A DNA stretch of 64,000 bases from Bacteroidetes bacterium MED-G17. Lineage in GTDB: Bacteria > Bacteroidota > Bacteroidia > NS11-12g > UBA9320. Each line of letters begins with the position of its first letter. Position 1 is the first letter of the stretch. The notes under the pieces are model-generated. The model was not told where the DNA came from. It saw nothing but the letters and a program-made list of their open reading frames with translations, and made no database searches. The DNA lies in NCBI GenBank assembly GCA_002457675.1, contig NTKK01000004.1, positions 27,666 to 91,665 of the forward strand. The letters are read 5' to 3'. A program made the translations under genes and the position numbers. Of the stretch, positions 9,736 through 18,271 are shown in pieces.

Positions 9736-11064
9736 ATGGAAGTATTAATTAAAGGGGGACAACTGATTTTATCATTAGCTATTTTAGTTACCCTTCACGA
9801 GTTGGGGCACTTTTTGGCAGCCAGAGCTTTTGGTATCCGGGTAGAAAAATTCTTTATCTTCTTTGATGCGTGGGGAAAAAAATTGTTTTCCTTTAAATAT
9901 AAAGAAACTGAATATGGAATAGGTTGGCTGCCCCTAGGTGGGTATGTTAAGATATCTGGAATGATTGATGAAAGTGTCGATAAAGAACAGATGAAAAAGC
10001 CTGCAGAATCTTGGGAATTCCGAAGCAAGCCTGCATGGCAAAGATTTATTGTAATGATCGGTGGAATAGTTATGAACTTGATTTTGGGATTCTTACTTTT
10101 TTGGATGGTATTGTACCGATATGAGTCTAAATATTTGCCCATAGAATCTGTAAATGAAAAGGGCATAGTTGCTTCGCAAACGGCGCAAGAAATTGGTTTT
10201 GCTAATGGGGATAAGCTATTGCAAGTCAATGGAAAAGAAAAAATACGATTTAAAGATTTCACTTCAATTGAAGTGCTATTTGGCGCGGAAATAAGTATTG
10301 AAAGAAACGGTGTAGTTAAAAAGGTCCAAATACCTTCAGATTTTATAAGTCGGAAAGGGAAAAAAATGCTGCTTTTTGAACCACAAAGCGAAGTTTTTGT
10401 AAAATCTTTAACAACCAAACTCAATCCAAATGCCACCAATGCTGGCTTGCTTGTGAATGACCAAATTATGGATGTTAATGGTAGTAAGGTCCTTGGCTTT
10501 GGCGATTTGGTTGATAAATTAGGCAATTTTAAAGGCGATACAGCTGACCTTCTAATACAAAGAGATAATATCCCTTTGTATATTAAATGTTTGGTAGATT
10601 CTACTGGGAAAATAGGCATTGCTCCAGATATTAGGTTTAGTAAATTGAAACAAAAATCTTATACATTATCAGAGGCCTTTGCATTTGGGTTAAATGATGG
10701 GTGGAATATGATTTACTACAATGCAGCTGGTTTTGGAAAAATTTTCAATGGGGAAATAAAAGCAACAGATTCTGTTCAAAGCCCAATTGGCATAGCCAAC
10801 CTATTCCCGAGCAAATGGGAATGGAGCATTTTCTGGAGACTTACAGCCATTATTAGTCTAATATTGGCCTTCATGAATGCATTACCTATCCCAGCCTTAG
10901 ATGGGGGGCACATGTTGTTCTTAATCATAGAAATGATACAAAGAAAGCCTTTGAGTGATAGAACTCTTTTAATTGCTCAATACATCGGTATGGCTATCTT
11001 ACTTTCACTTATGGCCTTTGCATTTGGAAATGATATTTTCAAATTATTTACGAACGGCTTTTGA
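9736..11064 (+). CDS. rseP: RIP (site-2) zinc metalloprotease RseP
   Basis: HELGHFLAARAFG (HExxH) in the first TM region, central PDZ segment(s), and a C-terminal LPIPALDGGH motif. Confidence 0.85.
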   Translation: MEVLIKGGQLILSLAILVTLHELGHFLAARAFGIRVEKFFIFFDAWGKKLFSFKYKETEYGIGWLPLGGYVKISGMIDESVDKEQMKKPAESWEFRSKPAWQRFIVMIGGIVMNLILGFLLFWMVLYRYESKYLPIESVNEKGIVASQTAQEIGFANGDKLLQVNGKEKIRFKDFTSIEVLFGAEISIERNGVVKKVQIPSDFISRKGKKMLLFEPQSEVFVKSLTTKLNPNATNAGLLVNDQIMDVNGSKVLGFGDLVDKLGNFKGDTADLLIQRDNIPLYIKCLVDSTGKIGIAPDIRFSKLKQKSYTLSEAFAFGLNDGWNMIYYNAAGFGKIFNGEIKATDSVQSPIGIANLFPSKWEWSIFWRLTAIISLILAFMNALPIPALDGGHMLFLIIEMIQRKPLSDRTLLIAQYIGMAILLSLMAFAFGNDIFKLFTNGF

Positions 11065-11534
11065 CGTATTTCGAACTCTTTCATATCAATACACCTTGTT
11101 TTTTCCTTGATGAGGATCATCTGAGATCTACTTATTTACAATTAAGTAGACAAAATCATCCAGATATGGTTATGCATAATATTGATGCCCACGCTAGTGC
11201 ACTGGAGATGACTGCAAAGATAAATCAGGCCTATACTGTTCTAAAATCTTTCAATAAACGATTGGCATATATACTGGAATTAAAAGGTTTGTTGAAGCAT
11301 AACCAGAAAGAGGATTTACCAATGGATTTTCTTATGGAAATGATGGATATTAATGAGGAGAAAGAGAATAATAAAAATGGTGAAATAGAAAAGGAGGTTC
11401 AAAAAAAACTAAGCAATCTAGAAAATAATTTAACAGATAGATGCAAAGAATATGATTTGACACAATCACCAAATGTGTTGTCCGAAATAAAGATATTGTA
11501 CTTAAAAAGGCAGTATCTCAAACGTTTGTTGTAA
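11061..11534 (+). CDS. HscB-like J-domain co-chaperone
   Basis: MTYFELFHI...LQLSRQNHPDM...AKINQAYTVLKSFNKRLAYILELKG aligns with E. coli HscB (MDYFTLFGL...LQRQYHPDKF...[23 protein letters not shown]), including the HPD tripeptide. The C-terminal helical part (FLMEMMDINEEKE) resembles HscB FLMEQLELREEL. The ATG overlaps the rseP stop (ATGA). Confidence 0.55.
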   Translation: MTYFELFHINTPCFFLDEDHLRSTYLQLSRQNHPDMVMHNIDAHASALEMTAKINQAYTVLKSFNKRLAYILELKGLLKHNQKEDLPMDFLMEMMDINEEKENNKNGEIEKEVQKKLSNLENNLTDRCKEYDLTQSPNVLSEIKILYLKRQYLKRLL

Positions 11535-11565
11535 GCTCTGTTGTCAACACGACAAAAATTTTCAT

Positions 11566-11596
11566 AAAAAAAGGGTGCGATAATCGCACCCTTCAA
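11566..11596. terminator. bidirectional intrinsic terminator between the convergent HscB-like gene and the TonB-dependent receptor
   Basis: aaaaaaa GGGTGCG ataat CGCACCC ttcaaagttt. A perfect 7-bp GC-rich stem flanked by an A-run on one side and a T-rich tract on the other. It reads as a hairpin plus U-run on the minus strand. Confidence 0.55.
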
Positions 11597-11616
11597 AGTT
11601 TCAATTATAAGCGTGT

Positions 11617-14331
11617 TTAGAAATTTACACGAATTCCTGAATTGAAATTTCTTGGCATTCCAAAGAAAACTTCAGCATCGTCTGCATCGTGGTCATTATC
11701 AAAACCATTGAACCTGCTGTTATCTTCTGCATCCTGAATATACAAGTTATCAAAAAGATTAAAGATGTGAGCAAATAAGGTAATAGAAAAAGAATTAGAC
11801 TTATTTGGGACATTATAAAATACATGTAGATCAGTTACACCATAGCTTGGTATTTCCCATGATTGTACTCTATCGCTTGCATCTGTTCTGCCGGTTGCAC
11901 TGAAATCAGAATAGAAATCTGTATAGCCTCTATAATCTAGCTTCACACTTAGTTCTTTAATCGGTGTTGCAGTCACTGAGACAAAGCCAGAGGTTTGGGG
12001 AGCATCACCTACTTTTAAACCATCAAGATAAAGGTTGTATTCAACATCTTCAGCAGCTCCTTGATTGTAATCTGTGTACGTCGCATTAACGTCACCAGCA
12101 TATTCCCAATTTCCTAAGCTACCACCAAAATCAAATCTAATTGCATTTGACACTTTCCATGAACCATTAAGTTCAATACCACTATGATTTTGACCAAGAC
12201 CATTGATGAAAACTACTCCGTCTGACCCATCTTGGTTATTGACACCCCTTGTAAGTGTTCTGTCATCCCATGATGTGTAGTAAGCGTTTAATTGGACACC
12301 AAAATTATTACCAGAATATAAGTTAGCACCTAATTCAAAAGTTATAACTTTCTCATTTTCTGGATCTTCATACACTAATCCATTTCTATCGTTTATTGCA
12401 AAGTCGAAAATTGGATTTTTAGAAATGTAACCACCATTTGCATAAATACTAAAGTTTCTGTTCACTTCATATTTTATACCGGCTTTGGTTTGAAAACCGC
12501 TATAATTATCCGTTTCAGCAAAAAGTGCTTTTCCGTCGGTACCTTTTTTCATATAATTTTCATGAGAGAAATTGTTTATAGTTGCTCCACCCATTGCAAA
12601 TATGTTAAGTCCATTTTTGCTATATTGTAGTTGTCCAAAACTACCAAACCAATCTACTGTATTGGTAAAATCATAGTCAACCCTTCCAGCTAAACCTTTA
12701 ACTACAGTTCCGGCTTCAACATCAAATTCATTATCCTCACTAACGAAATAATCACCACCTAATAGGTCTCTAATTTCTTTCCAGCCATCTCTAACCATTG
12801 ATCTCCAATCAATACCAAATTGTAGGTCTAGGTTATCGTTAACGGCAATATCAATTTTTGAAATTGCTCCGAAAGTTCTTTGTTGATTTACACTATTTCT
12901 AAGAACGCCTGTAGATCTGTTTAATGTTTCTGAATACTGTGCATCTATATTGTTTGAATTTTCAGCAATTTCTGCATCCCATTGTCTTAAGCCCATCCCT
13001 GCGTATGAACGATCGGTATTTACAGAACCATAGGTACCTGTACCACCTCCAGCTCCACCAATAAAATAAACCGTATTGTTCCATTTTACCTTATCTGAAA
13101 AATCTCGTGTATAATTGAAATTAACATGAGGTCTTTGGAAGAAATTATGTCTTTCCATTAAGAAATTTCGATGCATTCTTGTGCCTCTGTGTTTTTTGTA
13201 GAACTCATAATACTGTTCTCCATTATAGTCTGAAGAAACACCGTTGTAATTTTGGTTAAAGTCTCTTCCACCTTCTTTATACTCTTCTAGAGCAGCAATA
13301 TCATAATCATCCAAGCCTAAAGCATAGCTTTTGCTATATCGAGCAATATTCTGAGCATAAAGATTCTGGCCGTGATGTTGTCTTGCTGATAAGGCGTAAA
13401 ATTCAAATCTATCTTTTTCAGTCGCTTGGTAAGAAGCACCTACGTACCAAGCCCACGCATCTGTAAATGTACCTTCTGCAAATCCATCTCCTGTTTTTCT
13501 TGATAAAAGCGCGTTAACAGCGAATTTGTCATTAATTAACCCTGTGTTTGCTGAGATAACTGTTTTCTGGAAATTCCAGCTACCTGCTTCTCTTTGAATT
13601 GCTATTCCTTTTTCTTTTGAAGCTGGGTCAGTAATGATGTTTACCGTACCCCCAACAGATGGAACTGACTGATTTACAGGGCTTATTCCTCTCTGTACTT
13701 CTATCGAAGAAATTGCATCACCCAAACCATCATAATTTGACCAATACAACCAGCCATTTTCATTGTCGTTTGCTGGCACACCATTAATCATAATTGAGAT
13801 ATTTCTTTGGTCAAACCCTCTCATATTTATTCTTGAATCACCTGCTCCACTTCCTTGATTTGTTGAATAAACCGAAGGTGTAATATTTAAAACGTTAGGA
13901 ACGTCCCTTGACCCTAAATTTTCTACAAGCTGTTTTTTTGAAATTGTCGTTGTAGTAAATGGCGTTTTGGAAGTTGATCTTGAAGCAAGAACTTCTACCG
14001 CACTTAGTGAGCTTGATCCATAATTAAGAGAAATATCACCTAAATCAATGTCTTCTCCGTTGTAAGAAACCATTTTAGAAATGGTCGCATATCCAGCATA
14101 AGAAAATTCTAAGGTGAAATTCGACTTAGGTATGTCTAAAGTAAATGTTCCATTTTCGTCGGTTGAAGTACCAATATTTGTACCAGAAACCAAAACTGCT
14201 GCTCCTTCTAAGCCATAGGAGGATTCAGCGTCCTTAACCTTGCCTCGTACTACGTTTTGGGCAAAGACTGCAGTTGTAGCAAATACTACCATTGCCAAAA
14301 CTGCAATTAGTTTGTGTATGTTTTTAAGCAT
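11617..14331 (-). CDS. TonB-dependent outer-membrane receptor with N-terminal carboxypeptidase-regulatory-like domain
   Basis: Signal peptide, a CarbopepD_reg-like segment (VVRGKVKD...GAAVLVSGTNIGTSTDENGTFTLDIP), a plug-domain motif, then about 700 aa of beta-barrel ending in a terminal aromatic residue (...GIRVNF). Confidence 0.85.
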   Translation of the reverse strand: MLKNIHKLIAVLAMVVFATTAVFAQNVVRGKVKDAESSYGLEGAAVLVSGTNIGTSTDENGTFTLDIPKSNFTLEFSYAGYATISKMVSYNGEDIDLGDISLNYGSSSLSAVEVLASRSTSKTPFTTTTISKKQLVENLGSRDVPNVLNITPSVYSTNQGSGAGDSRINMRGFDQRNISIMINGVPANDNENGWLYWSNYDGLGDAISSIEVQRGISPVNQSVPSVGGTVNIITDPASKEKGIAIQREAGSWNFQKTVISANTGLINDKFAVNALLSRKTGDGFAEGTFTDAWAWYVGASYQATEKDRFEFYALSARQHHGQNLYAQNIARYSKSYALGLDDYDIAALEEYKEGGRDFNQNYNGVSSDYNGEQYYEFYKKHRGTRMHRNFLMERHNFFQRPHVNFNYTRDFSDKVKWNNTVYFIGGAGGGTGTYGSVNTDRSYAGMGLRQWDAEIAENSNNIDAQYSETLNRSTGVLRNSVNQQRTFGAISKIDIAVNDNLDLQFGIDWRSMVRDGWKEIRDLLGGDYFVSEDNEFDVEAGTVVKGLAGRVDYDFTNTVDWFGSFGQLQYSKNGLNIFAMGGATINNFSHENYMKKGTDGKALFAETDNYSGFQTKAGIKYEVNRNFSIYANGGYISKNPIFDFAINDRNGLVYEDPENEKVITFELGANLYSGNNFGVQLNAYYTSWDDRTLTRGVNNQDGSDGVVFINGLGQNHSGIELNGSWKVSNAIRFDFGGSLGNWEYAGDVNATYTDYNQGAAEDVEYNLYLDGLKVGDAPQTSGFVSVTATPIKELSVKLDYRGYTDFYSDFSATGRTDASDRVQSWEIPSYGVTDLHVFYNVPNKSNSFSITLFAHIFNLFDNLYIQDAEDNSRFNGFDNDHDADDAEVFFGMPRNFNSGIRVNF

Positions 14332-14423
14332 TCACAAATAATGAAATTCAAATTAATCTTATTGTTTTAAAAATATTAAATAAATATTAAGTGTTTATAA
14401 CTTTAAATCTGCTAATGAAGCAT

Positions 14424-14450
14424 AAAAAAAGCCACCTAAATTGGTGGCTT
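14424..14450 (-). terminator. intrinsic terminator downstream of the 14477..15280 gene
   Basis: Plus strand aaaaaaa GCCACC taaatt GGTGGC tt. On the minus strand this is a GC hairpin followed by a U-run. Confidence 0.55.
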
Positions 14451-14476
14451 AATAAATATATTTTGAAGTTATTCTT

Positions 14477-15280
14477 TTACAAATAAAAACTAAGTGTTAT
14501 GCTACCAGATGCATTGTCTACATCTAAATTTAGGCCTCTTGCCTTTTTGAAGTTATCACTTTCTACTTCTTTTAACTCCTTCGTGTTTTCTGTCCACTGC
14601 TCTTCTACTATAGTTCCATTTGTTTGTATATTGTAATTTAGTGCGTATCCATATTCGACAGATAAGGACATCCTATTTGCAAAAAAGTATTCTGCACCAA
14701 CAAAACCACGAGCACCTATGCCAATATTCAAACCGTTGCTAGAGCTTAGGCTTCTTGATCCATCTTCACCGTAAACTCTCAAGTCATTGCCGTACTCATA
14801 ATTTTTATTGTCAACAGACGCTAAATTAAGAATTCCTTCATACCCCCAAAACCCTCTTAACCTTCTTGAAGATAGATAATGTTGTTTCCCGAGTTCAACA
14901 CCCAAAACAAAACTGTTTGTTTTTTCTGTATTCTCAACCTTTTCGTCAGGCTGTCCATTTACTTTGGCTTCTTCAGAAAATTGGCTTGACGATGAAACAC
15001 CTAATCTTACCTTACCTCTAAGGGCTTGATCATCAGTTATCATATAGCGACCAACCAATGTGAGTGGTGTTTGATAACTGAACATACCTGCTGCAGAACT
15101 CGGCGCAGTATTGCTGAATACCCTTGTCTTGTCCATTGCATAATCTAAGGCTGGAACCGCATCAAAACCAATGCTAAACTCTCCTGCCAAAGGCAAAAAA
15201 TCAGTCTTTTTCTTTTCTTGAGCAAAAAGAGCTACCGACAGTACTGAAATTGAAAATAATGTTAATGTGATTTTTCTCAT
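14477..15280 (-). CDS. hypothetical outer-membrane beta-barrel (porin-like) protein
   Basis: The signal peptide starts at MRKITLTLFSISVLSVALFAQ (internal Met of the track ORF). The rest has alternating amphipathic beta-strand character rich in G/S/Y and ends in ...ITLSFYL. No family-specific motif was recognised. Confidence 0.4.
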   Translation of the reverse strand: MRKITLTLFSISVLSVALFAQEKKKTDFLPLAGEFSIGFDAVPALDYAMDKTRVFSNTAPSSAAGMFSYQTPLTLVGRYMITDDQALRGKVRLGVSSSSQFSEEAKVNGQPDEKVENTEKTNSFVLGVELGKQHYLSSRRLRGFWGYEGILNLASVDNKNYEYGNDLRVYGEDGSRSLSSSNGLNIGIGARGFVGAEYFFANRMSLSVEYGYALNYNIQTNGTIVEEQWTENTKELKEVESDNFKKARGLNLDVDNASGSITLSFYL

Positions 15281-15316
15281 GTCGCCAAAACTACAGAAAA
15301 TTTTCAACATAGAGAA

Positions 15317-16720
15317 TTAGATATCAAACACTTGGCTTTTCTTGGGTAAGTCAATTGGAAGATTTGTCTTTATTCCATTTAACTCATTTTTTAGATTTTC
15401 CAATGATTCTTTTTCTCCGTGAGTAAGAAAAATGTTTTCTAATTTATGGGACTTTTCACAAATTGAATCAAAATATTGCTTCAAACCATTTAAATCTGGA
15501 TGCGCACTAAATACATCAGTTTGAGCCATTTTACAATAAACAATATGCTCCCTTCCGTTTATCCAAACTTTACCCGTGTTGTCTAAGAGCTCCCTCCCTA
15601 GTGTACCAGGTGCACAAAATCCAGCAATCAAAATTGTACTTTGTGGATTTTTTAGATTGGCTCGAACATGTTGTTGAACCCTCCCTCCTACAACCATTCC
15701 TGCACTAGACACCAAAACGCTAGGGCCACCGAATGAATCCATTTCCTCTTTATCTTCCGCGTCCTCTATAGTGTATAAATTTGGGAATTGGAATATAGAA
15801 CCAAAATCCTCGTGAAAAGATATGGCATTCTTATTGAGATATGACTGAAACCGCTGATGAATACTTGTATTTATCATACCCAAAGGGCTATCGGCATAAA
15901 TCCTTAAACTGCCTAGTCTATTTGCGCGATATAGTTTGTTTAAAGTAAATAATATTGACTGTGTTCTTCCAACACTAAAGGCGGGAATCACCAACCTACC
16001 ACCCGTGTCTAAACAAGTTTTTTGAATATGCATCATCAGTTCATCCTGTGGATTATTTTTAGATTCTTTTATCCTGTTCCCATAAGTACCCTCCATCACC
16101 AAATAATTTAAATTCTCTAAAGGCTTTGGTGGCACGACTATTTGCGAATTATTTGGGCCTAAGTCTCCTGTGAAACCTATCGATTTAGTTTCACCATTTT
16201 CCGAAAATTCTAGACGAACACTTGCAGCCCCTAATATATGGCCTGCTTCGCTAAATAAGAACTTGACTTTTTCGGAAAGTTGAAATATTTTGTAAAAAGG
16301 AATTGTGACAAAAAGTTCGAGTGTTTCCAAAACTTCTGAGACGCTATATAAGATTTCGTCTTCTATTTTGCCTTTAAATTTTTTTGATTTTCTTTTTTTA
16401 TTGGCTTTTGACATTTGCAAATTGGCAGAGTCAATAAGCAATGTTTTGACGATCTCAAAGGTTGGTTCAGTGCAGAATACAGCACCTCTAAACCCTTGAG
16501 TAAACAAAGTAGGAATATTTCCAGAATGATCAACATGGGCATGAGTTAAAATTACAGCATCTATCTCAGAAGGATCGAAAGGGAATTTTTTATTTTCACT
16601 ATATTCTTGGTCTTTTTCATAACTTAAACCACAATCTACCAAATACTTTTTACTTCTACAATCTAGCAAATACATGCTTCCAGTAACTTGTTGCGCTGCG
16701 CCTAAAAAACTAATTTTCAA
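15317..16720 (-). CDS. MBL-fold beta-CASP family RNA-metabolising hydrolase
   Basis: Metallo-beta-lactamase motif ILTHAHVDHSGNIP and a beta-CASP-like C-terminal region. 467 aa. Overlaps the upstream M28 gene by 4 nt. Confidence 0.7.
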   Translation of the reverse strand: MKISFLGAAQQVTGSMYLLDCRSKKYLVDCGLSYEKDQEYSENKKFPFDPSEIDAVILTHAHVDHSGNIPTLFTQGFRGAVFCTEPTFEIVKTLLIDSANLQMSKANKKRKSKKFKGKIEDEILYSVSEVLETLELFVTIPFYKIFQLSEKVKFLFSEAGHILGAASVRLEFSENGETKSIGFTGDLGPNNSQIVVPPKPLENLNYLVMEGTYGNRIKESKNNPQDELMMHIQKTCLDTGGRLVIPAFSVGRTQSILFTLNKLYRANRLGSLRIYADSPLGMINTSIHQRFQSYLNKNAISFHEDFGSIFQFPNLYTIEDAEDKEEMDSFGGPSVLVSSAGMVVGGRVQQHVRANLKNPQSTILIAGFCAPGTLGRELLDNTGKVWINGREHIVYCKMAQTDVFSAHPDLNGLKQYFDSICEKSHKLENIFLTHGEKESLENLKNELNGIKTNLPIDLPKKSQVFDI

Positions 16721-17883
16721 TTTACTTTCTGAATTTTGAATATACCCATTTGACCTTTTGATCCTTTGATGCTTCCAAAATATAAGCCTGTATCGTGGTC
16801 AAAAACAATCTTATTTCTTCCTACTCTTACTTCTTTTTTAAACACATTTTGTCCCAAAGTGTTGGTTAGGGAAATTTTTGATTCGCCGAATTCTTTAGGA
16901 ACATCTATTGTAAATTCCTTTTTTACAGGATTTGGAAAAATGTGCATTGCAACCTTGTTTTTATTCGAAATTGAAAGTGATATAGAATCCGCTTCTAAAA
17001 GTAAGAACGCATAGGCGGTTTTGATGACTTCTTTGTGTACGCCAATATCAATGTTCAACAATAAGTCGTTTTTGGAATGGTAAAAGGGGTATTCACTATA
17101 TTGATATAAGCCTGTAATAACATAAAAGGCTTGTTGAAATGGCATATAATCTGAGTTATAGGCTTTGGAAATCACAGGTGCCAAATTAGAATACAAGTCG
17201 GCACATTGGGCAAGTTTCTGTGTTATAGCATTTGAAGCATTATTGTTCTGGAGTGGGGAATCTTCATCTCTTTCACAATATATTTTATTATTTTCACTAT
17301 TATTTTTTGTTCCACCTAACTGATCCAAATTTAAAAGAAAAACCAATGAACTATCATTTCTCCCCAAGACATTATTTACATAATGCTGGCTTCCGATTAA
17401 GTTGTTTTCTTCTGCAGAGAAGTGGATAAATTCAATTCCTGTTTGAATTGGTCTTCCTCTTAACAATCGTGCTATTTCCATACAAGCAGTAACACCAGTT
17501 CCATTGTCATTTACACCGGGTCCTCCCTTTGTATCATAATGTGCCGAAACCATAATTCTGCGGCTAATATTTCTGCCAAGGTAGCCTGCAACAAGATTAT
17601 AATGTGCTTCATCGTTGTAGATGAACGTATCGATACGCAAATAGTCAACACCTATTCTCTTATAATAATCAAGGAGCCACAAAAAGGTATTTTTCAGACC
17701 TGGAGAACCTGATATTTTTGGGCCAAGTCTTTCATATTCTAAAAGAAGTTCTTCTTGACTTTCTACTTTTTGAACTTCTGCGTAAACCTTGTGGTTAAAA
17801 TTTTGGCCATAACTCATTTTTGCAACAAGTGTTAAGACAGCAAACAAGTAGTATTTATGTATTGACCATTTCAACATGTACAA
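16717..17883 (-). CDS. M28-family zinc aminopeptidase with T9SS C-terminal sorting domain
   Basis: M28 motifs (NDNGTGVTACMEIARLL; HFSAEE). C-terminal T9SS CTD (HIFPNPVKKEFTIDVP...GLYFGSIKGSKGQMGIFKIQKVN). The true start may be an internal Met (MLKWS...); the track ORF overlaps tsaE by 29 nt. Confidence 0.75.
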   Translation of the reverse strand: MYMLKWSIHKYYLFAVLTLVAKMSYGQNFNHKVYAEVQKVESQEELLLEYERLGPKISGSPGLKNTFLWLLDYYKRIGVDYLRIDTFIYNDEAHYNLVAGYLGRNISRRIMVSAHYDTKGGPGVNDNGTGVTACMEIARLLRGRPIQTGIEFIHFSAEENNLIGSQHYVNNVLGRNDSSLVFLLNLDQLGGTKNNSENNKIYCERDEDSPLQNNNASNAITQKLAQCADLYSNLAPVISKAYNSDYMPFQQAFYVITGLYQYSEYPFYHSKNDLLLNIDIGVHKEVIKTAYAFLLLEADSISLSISNKNKVAMHIFPNPVKKEFTIDVPKEFGESKISLTNTLGQNVFKKEVRVGRNKIVFDHDTGLYFGSIKGSKGQMGIFKIQKVN

Positions 17884-18271
17884 CTCTTTTTTTATTTTGG
17901 TGGTCTATTGAGACCAAATTATATGGCAAGGGAATAAACGGTTTTATAAGTTCGGGCCATTCTATAAAAATGGTATAACCGGAATGCAAAATTTCGAAAA
18001 TTCCAATTTCTTCCAAATCTTTATTATTATCCAAACGGTATAGATCTATGTGGAAAACAGGGTTTGATTCTAGGGCATATTGATTTATTATGCCAAAAGT
18101 AGGGCTGCTCACCTCATTATCTAAGTCAAACAGTTGCATATAAAATTTGACTAAAGTAGTTTTCCCTGCCCCTAAATCCCCTTCTAAAAGGTGAATATTT
18201 GTACTTGAATTTTTGAGAAAATGGGCGACCTTTTTCCAATTTCCTAATTTTTCAAATACAAATTTTTTCAT
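17855..18271 (-). CDS. tsaE: tRNA threonylcarbamoyladenosine biosynthesis ATPase TsaE (YjeE)
   Basis: P-loop LEGDLGAGKTTLVK. 138 aa with YjeE-like organisation. Confidence 0.8.
   Translation of the reverse strand: MKKFVFEKLGNWKKVAHFLKNSSTNIHLLEGDLGAGKTTLVKFYMQLFDLDNEVSSPTFGIINQYALESNPVFHIDLYRLDNNKDLEEIGIFEILHSGYTIFIEWPELIKPFIPLPYNLVSIDHQNKKRVVHVEMVNT

Noticed and set aside
9795-10619. 274-aa ORF antisense to rseP
   Set aside because: It lies entirely inside a well-supported rseP reading frame on the opposite strand. Its translation is low-complexity and Ser/Pro/Leu-rich with no motif. It is most likely a frame artefact of AT-rich DNA.
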